NCBI RefSeq assembly: GCF_001194135.2
Contig: NC_068982.1
Coordinates: 128,913,852 to 128,977,851, forward strand
Length of the DNA stretch: 64,000 nt
Source of the DNA: Octopus bimaculoides
Taxonomy: Eukaryota
Direction: 5' to 3'
In this document: positions 54,964 through 64,000 of the stretch, one piece after another
How the letters are laid out: each line of letters begins with the position of its first letter
How positions within the stretch are numbered: the stretch's first letter is position 1
Position numbers and translations under genes: made by a program
The notes under the pieces: model-generated
Database searches by the model: none
What the model was told of the DNA's origin: nothing
Seen by the model: the letters and a program-made list of their open reading frames with translations, nothing else

Positions 54964-55117
54964 CTGACAGGTTTTCCATGATAAACCTCAGTTGGTTCAA
55001 TATAATGAGGTGACATCTGAATAGAAGTAATGTAATGTTCATCGACTAATTTGATGCTTTCATCAAGAGGAATGGTTGTCATAGATTTTGTTGTGGTCTC
55101 AGTTGTTGTTATTGAAG
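54964..55117 (-). CDS. Titin-like exon H: Thr-rich linker plus start of Ig6 (...PHYIEPTEVYHGKPVR)
   Basis: tcag|CT TCA...GTC AG|gtaatt; 154 nt, phase 1 to 2. Confidence 0.85.
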
Positions 55118-56454
55118 CTGAAAAATATTTAAAGGTAAATATATAGCAATGCAAACGGGCTGGTTTTTGCATATTTGTGTATAAACAAATTAAATGCAAA
55201 TATTTACTTGATCAGTTTATTCAAAGGCTGACTGAGCAAAGATACTAAGTGAAGAGTACAGTAATTTATCTGGGATTATTTCATCTAATTAAAAAAATGC
55301 ATTATTAATTTAATATCAGTTTATTTCACTGTGATAAAGCTGCTAACTTATGGGATAGGGGAGGATTCAGTTAGATCAGACCAAGTAAGTCTGGTACTAA
55401 ACAATCTCAGATGTACTGAAGGTAGTCAACCCTTACAAGATTTCAAATCAAATCATAGAAGATGAACTTAAATACAGACAAATTATTTAATCTATTGCTC
55501 AACCATTTCTGCTAACTGACCTATTTTGTTATTTACTTGATACTAAAGTCACTAGAATTCATTTATAGTGAAAAGTCAAAAACCAAATGTTGTTGGTCGT
55601 AGTAACTGTTATGATATATCAGCTTAAGAGTCATGATAAGAGTACCAGACTAAACATCTTCCAGAAATTAGTTTGGTCTCAATTTCTGGGTTTCAATTTG
55701 ATTGGGCTAAACTTAACTTGTTGTTTTTCTCGAGTTGATATAACAGGGTACTAATCAAACACAGGTGACTAAAAACTATACAATTCCCCTTTAAATTTCT
55801 GGCCTTGTACCACTGAGAAAAATTATAATAGTATATTGTCAACAAATTTCTAAACATCTCATGTGATTAAAACTATACAACTTCCCTTCAAATTTGTGGC
55901 CTTGTACCAAGATGAAAATTCATAATAAGATATTAACTACCAATTTCTAAAAATCCTTTTAAATTAATTCATTTTATAAAATATTTCTATTTTTTAAAAA
56001 AATAGAAAGATACTGATTAAAGCCAAAATCTCAGTTTTGTTGAATTTTAGATTTAAAAATTTATCAAATTAATAGATGCCCTAGAAACAGTATTAGATTA
56101 AAATAATGACATGTATAATGTTCATAACATATATATACAACTGTGGAAGGGTGCCAGTTGTAATATTTTGTCTCAGAGAAACTTCTCTCTCAGAGATGAT
56201 TCTCTGAACAAAACATTAATGCTGTTGCTTTACCAGGTGTGTACATACACTATGAATATTTACACACAGCATTATGAAAAGAAATCTGTTGAAATTATCA
56301 ACTAAATTTAACTCAGTTCTTGTTTCATGAAAATAATCTTATTATTCTTATTCTTTTAGCATTATTGATATCATCCTAATATGATCAAAATAATATTAAA
56401 TGAAGGTGAGAATTTAAAATGTATCCTATAAAACAAAATAACTATATTACTCAC

Positions 56455-57153
56455 TTTCAACAATAACAGTTGTGGAAGTAACAGATTCTCCATAAATGTT
56501 TCTGGCATGGCAAGTATATTCTCCTGCATCTTCTGGATAGACTTCAGTAATAATCAACTTACATCTACCAGTTTCTATTTCAAATGTTATCTGGAAATCA
56601 TTATTTGGTACAATCTCAATTGAGTCTTTATACCAAGTAATTTTGGGTTCAGGATAAGCATTCATTCTGCAAGTCAATACAACTTGAGAACCATCTTGAA
56701 CAGTTTGTGGTTGCAAAGGTTCCACAAATTCAGGAGGAATAGCAGCTGGTTTGGCTTTCTGATCTTTCTTCTGAACAGGAATAATGACTTCTTCTTTCTT
56801 TGGTTCATGAACTGTCAGTCGAGCAGATGTAGCTGCTTGTCCATATTGATTGATAGCCATGCAAACATAATCTCCTCGATCTTCTGGAAGAGCTTCCACG
56901 ATATGGAGACAAATATCTCCTGTCTCTGGGTTGTATGAAATGACATATTCATCATTGTTATCAATATTAGTCCCATTATGGAACCAAGAAACATGAGGAA
57001 CTGGTTTTCCAACAACTTTGCATATCATTTTTATTTCTTGGCCATCGACCACATCCATTGTTTCTAAGTCTTTTATAAAGTTTGGTGGCATAAAGTCCTC
57101 TACAGGAGGTTCCTCTTCTGTTTCAGGAGGTGGTGACATTTCTGCAGCAGGTT
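56455..57153 (-). CDS. Titin-like exon G: two I-set domains, Ig4 and Ig5
   Basis: tacag|AA CCT...GAA A|gtgagt; 699 nt, phase 1 to 1; two PP.F...W...(V/L)(Y)PED.G.Y.C.A.N.YG motifs. Confidence 0.95.
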
Positions 57154-57824
57154 CTGTAAGATAAGCAACATAACATTAGTTATAGCTAAACATTTTTCTC
57201 TTTTATTTCTATGTAATTGGTAATGATTGCATTAAATAAGGCATTTTGAATATTTATTCAAGTATAAAAGTAGATCACTTTCCAATGTCTTATTTACAAT
57301 AGTAAAGTCAGATTTTTAATAGTAAATGTCAATGGTTTAGCATGAGATGTGTGGGGTATGTGGACCACGCATAGCAGCCACTTTGGATGGAGGAGGCAAA
57401 ACATACATTGAAGGTATGTTACATTTAAAGAAGAGCATAACCAATGTGGCTACCACACTGGGCATGCACTAGGTAGCATGCTATGCTACAGTTGAATATT
57501 AAACAAGTGTTGACAAGTACAAGCATGACTGCCAGAAATTTGATTTGCAATCAAATGGTTTCAAGTTCAGTCCCACTTTAGGAAATTGGGTATTGGTGTT
57601 TCTAACAACAATCCCAGTCAACAAATCATCCACAAGCTCTGTGCTTTCAAAGATGATTGGCATGAAAATTCCCTTACTTTGAAACCAGGTAAGAGTTAAT
57701 GACACAAAGGTCATCGATCTATGGAAACAGTTATATGTATTCCACTAAAACCCATGCTAGCATTCAAAAATGAATGTAAAATATACAATTAAAACCATTG
57801 ATGATATGAAAAGACAAATATTAC

Positions 57825-58042
57825 CTTGGACATATAAGGTAGTACTGCACACAGCTTCACCTAATTCTGAAACTGCTCTGCATGTATATTCACCAGTATC
57901 TTCTGGTCCAACATCAATAATGATCAGCAAACTTTTACCAGATTCGTAAAAGATTTCATAATGTGGAGAAGGCTTGATTTCCATTCCATTGATATACCAA
58001 GTAATCAAAGGAGGGGGATGAGCATCTACTGAACATTCAAGT
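57825..58042 (-). CDS. Titin-like exon F: core of Ig3 (LECSVDAHPPPLITWYING...DTGEYTCRAVSELG)
   Basis: tgcag|A CTT...CAA G|gtaata; 218 nt, phase 2 to 1. Confidence 0.93.
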
Positions 58043-58819
58043 CTGCAAGATAAAATAATGAAAACATATACATATACATTTATATAAATATAAATAAATA
58101 TATATACATATATATTATATATATACACATACCAATACCTACACACACAATTGGAAAGAACTGAGGCTAATTCAGGAAAAGCTTAATACAAGTATTAACA
58201 TGGAATATAAATCTATCTATAATAATAAAATATTATTTTATGATTTTACAAAATAAAAGAAACTAGATTTGAATATTTTTCCTTTTGAGTCTAAACATCA
58301 AGGGCTTACAGTTAATAAGCATAACATGAAATCAGAGCCTTCTAATAGTTAACATCTAATTTAGATATTAGCTTCACATTTTAATTTAAAAGCAAACGTA
58401 AAGAGGGTTATTAGAAAATAAGAAAATGAATGAAAATTATGCTCAGATAGATATGAGTCTATGATGCTTTCAGTTAAAATAAGCAAATCATTTAGGAGGA
58501 AATAATTTGTTTGATTTATTTATCTCATTTTTTTTTTTAATGTTGACAATTTCTAATAGAAATGAAATGGTGTTATACATAACTACCTAAGACTAGAAAT
58601 TTTATTATCTTCATAACGAATAAGTAAAAAAAAATTAACTATACATATATTCTATGCATCTTCTAATCCTTCCAAATACTATGTAGAAATTATTATCTCC
58701 CTTACTCTAAGTGGCCACCAGGAAATGCAATGTGTTCAAGATTAAGATGAAATATCTGCTTATATGTTCAAACTGTAGACTGTTATAAGGAATTAGGTTG
58801 CAGACTAGACCAGTCAATT

Positions 58820-58978
58820 AGATGGACCCCAGTACGCAACTGGTATTTAATTTATCAACCCCAAAAGGATGAAAAGCAAAGTCGACTTCGGCAGAATTTG
58901 AAGTCAGAACATAAAGGCAAACGAAATACTGCTAAGCATTTCGCCTGGCCTACTAATGTTTCTGCCAGCTCCCTGCCT
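58820..58978 (-). mobile_element. tRNA-derived SINE (family of 35068)
   Basis: Reverse-complement match to the 35068 copy. Confidence 0.78.
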
Positions 58979-59036
58979 TTAGACCAGTATAATATTATTA
59001 TTTAAAACAACAGTAAAGGTTTTAGTAAAACTTTAC

Positions 59037-59199
59037 CTTGCAATTCCTCTTTCTCGGACGAACACCTCAGGTTGAATAGGCTCAACAAAAATAGGCCTTA
59101 TTTCCCTGATTTCAGTTGTAATAGTCTTTTCTTCTTTCTCAATCATTTTAATGGTAACGGAATCAGGTTCATCTGGTATTTGCACAACCTTTTGCTTTT
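59037..59199 (-). CDS. Titin-like exon E: linker plus start of Ig3 (...RPIFVEPIQPEVFVRERGIAR)
   Basis: tcag|AA AAG...GCA AG|gtaaag; 163 nt, phase 1 to 2. Confidence 0.9.
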
Positions 59200-59431
59200 C
59201 TGAAAAAAATAAGAAATAACAGTTGCACTTTGTTAGATTCATTGTTGTGAAGTTTTAATTGAGCGTAACAAAAATAAAATACCAACAGCTATTTCAAAGA
59301 AGTGGTAGGCCTCAAGAAAATGACTAAGTATTGTGGCAAAGCATTAAACAGAAGAAAACTCATTTAATCCATACAAACATGGAGAAACAGATGTAATATG
59401 CTACGTATATATATATATATATATATATATG

Positions 59432-59462
<31 letters not shown>

Positions 59463-59849
59463 GTTGTTGTTGCTGTTGTTTTTATCTCTCAGTCGTTGGG
59501 GTTATGCCAGTTCATTCTGTTGGATAGCAAGTCATATCCTGCACTTTTCTGAAGATTCTTGATCCTAACAAACAGGCTGTTCTGAATTCTTACATGTTAG
59601 GAATTTTAAATCATGTTCCACTGCAACTTATAGCATTGTAGTATTTATAGAATAGAATTAGAAATTTATAAATATAAAACAAAAAAAAGTTAACAGTATT
59701 TATGGAGTTGAAAATACTTATTGTCAGTTGTATACTTTTTTTTATTGTTTTATTCTGTAAGATGTATTTTAAGTTTGAAAATATTCCATGTTTTATTATT
59801 ATTATTATTATTATTATGTTTTTGCTTTGTACTTGTACAAGTTGACTCC

Positions 59850-60400
59850 AAGTCTCACCCAGAGACCTCAAGAGACAACAAGTTAGAAGTTCAAGTTGGT
59901 GTTATGACTAGGGTGCCATATTTTGAAAACATAAGAAAATTAGAAGTTTCTTTTAAAATTAATCGTCGTTATTATTATTAGTAAGTTAGTACATGCTAAT
60001 TTAATTAGCAGGAATAATGACTGTTCTCCTCAAATCTCAAGAATCTTTCTTAGAATTCTTGCAGAATATAGGCTGGTTGATAATGTGAGCTGCAATTCCA
60101 ATTTCATTCAGTTTTTTAGGTACCATTTTGGATGTTGTATCAAGTGCACAAATTACCACAGGAATAACTGTTGTCTTAGTTCTCCATAGAATCTTAAGCT
60201 CTCTGGCTCACAAAATGTTAGACTAACTATTAGTTATCAAATGTTTTTACTCTTCTAGCACTTCCTGTATAAAAACTGCCACTCCAGGTTTCCCTCTTCA
60301 ATGGACAGAAATGTCAAGACTGTTGTAGACATCATGATATGAAGGCAAGTGATTTTTGCTACCAATACAATCTAATGTCTTTTACCACAGATACTTGCCA
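59850..60400 (-). mobile_element. R4/Dong-like RLE non-LTR 3' end remnant
   Basis: Minus strand ELKILWRTKTTVIPVVICAL...ARILRKILEI*. Confidence 0.6.
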
Positions 60401-60443
60401 CTAATTTTAATGACATTATTACTGAAGTAAAACCAATACTAAC

Positions 60444-60661
60444 CATCAAAAGTAATGGTTGTCCTGCATGTGATTTCACCAAGCTCATTTCCAACTCTCA
60501 GGACATACTCTCCAATATCCTTTTCATCAACATGAATGATGATCAAGACAACAGTATCTCCTTCTTGGAACATCTGGTAATGATCTGATGGTAGGATTTC
60601 AACACCATTGACATACCATTTCACCAATGGTGGTGGATAAGCCTCAACCTGAGCTTCAAGT
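60444..60661 (-). CDS. Titin-like exon D: core of Ig2 (LEAQVEAYPPPLVKWYVNG...DIGEYVLRVGNELG)
   Basis: ag|A CTT...GAT G|gttagt; 218 nt, phase 2 to 1. Confidence 0.93.
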
Positions 60662-61008
60662 CTGAAATTATTTTTAAAATTATAGTTTAAGTTTTTTTAT
60701 GCATTTCACACCAAATCACATACTATGGAGCAACAAAAAAAAAGCATAAATAAGAGTAACTGATACTCAAAATAAAACAATAATAAAATTCCAAGTGAAT
60801 AATAATAGTAATGGTATCTTTTAAATAATTTAGATTATATATTAACAAATATGACTAAATACTATTTCATCACAATATATAATTACAATTGTTAATATAT
60901 AATCTATATTATATATTAGCAAATCAATTACTACACACCAAAATTATCATAAGTTATGAATAAGTTGATGGAAAAGTGTTGCCAGTATAAACATATATAG
61001 AACTTTAC

Positions 61009-61132
61009 CTTGCAATTTGTCCTCGTTTCACTTTGTAGGTTTGAGAAAGAGATCTCTTAAATACAGGTATCTTTGGTTGAACTAATTTCATTCCTGCACG
61101 AGAAACTTTGTCTTCTGGCAGTTCTTGCTCCT
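61009..61132 (-). CDS. Titin-like exon C: linker plus start of Ig2 (...PKIPVFKRSLSQTYKVKRGQIAR)
   Basis: tacag|AG GAG...GCA AG|gtaaag; 124 nt, phase 1 to 2; absent from the ORF track. Confidence 0.88.
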
Positions 61133-62039
61133 CTGTAAATAAATATGTGACAACAAATTTCAGTTAAAAGAATAAGAGAATTTGTTTATTTATGACAACT
61201 TGCTTCCTTGCTTTATGTAAGCAGTTAAGAAAAGTTGTATAATTACTGTTATATTAGATGTTCTTTTCAAATACTTCATTGTTTTATTTTGCTAGCTAAG
61301 ATTTAGGAAGGAGAGACTGATTAGCATACTGCTGAGATTCATCATATCTATGGGAGATGAATGTGAAAGAAAACTCAAAGATGTGAGTGAAGAACAGTCC
61401 TCAGCTTGTAGTAAAGCAATATTGTTGTTGCTTGTTGGCATGGTTGCACCTCAGTTTTGTAAAGTGACTATATGAATGTAAAAGAGATAACCTAACCAAA
61501 GCATGCTAAGATGTGGTACAAGAGAACCAAGATATTCCCCAATAGCATTAATATTGCTTGGCATTGCTGGAGGAAATGATATTATTATGATCACCAGTCA
61601 ACAGCTGATGAAGAAAATGTCCCCTCCTCATCAGTGCAATCTATATGTCTCAATATAGAATGGAGTTTCACTTGGAAAACTCTTCTCAATGATGCAAGGT
61701 TTTCTTTATGGAAAGACAAGCAATCGCCATGCATGCAAATCTCTACCTCTTCACATAACTGATTTTAATCAAGCCAAAGGCCAATACAGTTTGTTACTAT
61801 TGTTATCGCAGACAATGATCTCAGAATCAAAAGAGTCAGAACAAACACCACACAATATTTCATCCAATGCTCTAACCATTCTACTAATCCACTAACTTGG
61901 ATTGGCTCTATTTATCAAACCCTAAAAGGGATGAAAATCAAAGTTGATATCTCCAAGATCTAAATTCAGAATGCAGAGAGCAGAAATAAATACTGCAAGT
62001 CTCTAGGAATTCAACCAATGCACAACCTCAAGCTATATC

Positions 62040-62137
62040 ATCATCATCATCATTATCGTCGTTTAACGTCCGCTTTCCATGCTGGCATGGGTTGGACGGT
62101 TTGACTGAGGACTGGCAAGCCAGAAGGCTGTACCAGG
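62040..62137 (-). mobile_element. RTE 3' tail, related subfamily
   Basis: catcatcat...tttaacgtccgctttccatgctggcatgggttggacg. Confidence 0.8.
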
Positions 62138-62331
62138 TAGAATAAAATATATTACTTTAAGAAATTTTGCCTCAAAATTAAGTTTTTAGGCTCGTGATAA
62201 ACATACTAATTAAGTTTTAATTATTGATACCAAAATATTAAAAGTGTAAACCAACAGTTTAAATTTAGAAATCACGTTTTATACAATCACACATCCTGAT
62301 CTGAATGTAATATAGATTAAGAATTCACTTT

Positions 62332-63183
62332 CATGCTAAATATTTCAACATGCAAAATATTTTCTACTGAAAATGATTGCAAAGCAGTTTTAAAATTAAT
62401 AAAGTATAAATCCTTTTAGTATACTGAATAATCAACATTTAAATTCTTTAAACTACATAAATGCAATACTTACATTATTAGATGGTACATGCATATGGAA
62501 TTCTTAGTATATAGCAGTGATAATCAAACTGTTTAGTGGTGTGTTCAAAGAGAAGAGCTAAATCAAAACTTATGAAATATTACATGCAACTTTTCTAAAA
62601 TTAATAAGTAATGGTAAATTTTTTCTTTATTTCAATATATAAACATTGAATAAAAATCATGCATTAAAATGTAAATATAAAATTTTTCCTTGGATTTTAT
62701 TCAGATTACAATCAAACCAATTCATAAAAAACAAAATGACCATGCAGTTTATAAATCTCACAAAATTTGTTACACACTCAATTATTAAATAATTATATAC
62801 TGTATAAAATTAATAATACAAAAATGTTAAAAAAATATGAAAAAATATTAATATTTTTTAATTTGTTTACACCATTAAAAAAATTCAGTGACAGTTTTTT
62901 TGCCTTTTTCAAGACCATAGAAGTATATAAAGTGTGAAAACATCAAGGATCAATGTAATAATATAAATATAATACTAAACACCATTACTAAATCAGAATT
63001 GAAAAAGAAAAAGACCATGCAATATATATATATATTATGGTTTATATAATTTATGGTATAATATTTATAGTGCATAAAATATATAAAAGCATATAATTTT
63101 AAAAATACAAAAATAATGCAAATTTCCCATGCAGTTAAAATTTTAATCCTAAAATATAATATTATACAATGAATACTTCATGC
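62332..63183 (-). promoter_or_regulatory. Cluster of Rbfox-type (U)GCAUG splicing elements in the intron downstream of exon B
   Basis: Plus-strand CATGCA at 62349, 62488, 62583, 62658, 62741, 63016 and 63128; CATGC at 62332 and 63179. Confidence 0.65.
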
Positions 63184-63233
63184 TCTGTTTCTAATAAAGT
63201 TATTTTTAAAAGAATTGAAGATATTGTACATAC

Positions 63234-63363
63234 CTTGAACGTAGAATTCAGCAGAACATTCAGCAACACCAGCACTGTTCCTTGCACGACAAGTAATAAG
63301 ACCACTATCTTCAGGAAATGCTTCCCTGATAGACAGTATTGTTGTCTGACCAACTCTCTCAAT
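63234..63363 (-). CDS. Titin-like exon B: C-half of Ig1 (IERVGQTTILSIREAFPEDSGLITCRARNSAGVAECSAEFYVQ)
   Basis: ag|ATT...CAA G|gtatgt; 130 nt, phase 0 to 1; absent from the ORF track. Confidence 0.93.
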
Positions 63364-63637
63364 CTAAAATATAAGGGAAAAGATTATAATAATATAAAAA
63401 CATGTTCAGTGAGAAATGAGATGTGACTCTTCAAATGATGAAGAAATGAGATAAGCCATTAAATTATATATTCATTTACAATGCAACAAACTCTTTTAAT
63501 GGTTCTAACATTTATTCTTCTGTTCCTGATATGTGGTATGTTAGTTTATACACATGCTTTGTGGCAATAGCAAAATAGTTTGTTTTTTTTAATTTTCAGT
63601 ATGAGATTTTCCCATCCATTAATGTAACTTTTATTAC

Positions 63638-63831
63638 CTTAAAGTCTCTGGTGTTCTTAATCTTTTTACCATTGCGAAGCCAAGTAATTTCTGGATCAGG
63701 TTCTCCTGTAAATACTGCTTCAAAGTATGTTGGATAACCTTCTTCAATAACAATGTTAGAAATTGGTTTAATAAAACTGGGTGGTGAAACTGGAACTTCA
63801 GGAGTCTCTGGTTCTGTTTCACTTTCAAGAC
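63638..63831 (-). CDS. Titin/kettin-like exon A: linker plus N-half of I-set Ig1
   Basis: tttag|GT CTT...TTT AAG|gtaata; 194 nt, phase 1 to 0; PPSFIKPI...FTGEPDPEITWLRNG Ig motif. Confidence 0.93.
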
Positions 63832-64000
63832 CTAAATACAAAACAATCATTAAATTAATTCATTTTATATTTATTTATATTTACATAGAAAAATACTCTT
63901 CTTTCAGAAATATATTTTTTTAAGAATAACATAGGTAAACTTACAAATAAGATGACTCACATTAAAATATTATAATTACATTAAATACTAAATAAAATTT

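Noticed and set aside
55770-55940. About 96-bp local duplication (aaaactatacaa...ggccttgtacca) and a 22-bp duplication at 33014..33054
   Set aside because: Ordinary short tandem duplications of decayed SINE tails.

Overview
AT-rich metazoan genomic DNA with dense (TA)n/(CA)n microsatellites, SINE/LINE remnants and seven N gaps. The repeat landscape suggests an octopus-like cephalopod (inference). The main feature is the 3' part of a giant titin/kettin(sallimus)-like gene on the minus strand. I reconstructed 15 exons by hand (63831 down to 26392). All have AG/GT ends and mutually compatible phases, apart from a 1-nt offset across an N gap inside the exon at 50165..51929. They give about 3,950 aa with 10 I-set Ig domains and long E/V/T-rich repeat linkers; the 5' end lies outside the window. 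Most notable: the last exon ends in a hydrophobic, TM-like segment plus a CCFWCCFFCCLWQS* cysteine cluster, and the linkers carry one near-canonical and four FFAT-like motifs. Together these suggest a membrane-anchored, VAP-binding titin-like tether whose length could be tuned by symmetric phase-1 giant exons (hypothesis). A UGCAUG (Rbfox) cluster lies in one intron. Two probable terminal exons of an unidentified convergent plus-strand gene lie at 995..3240.
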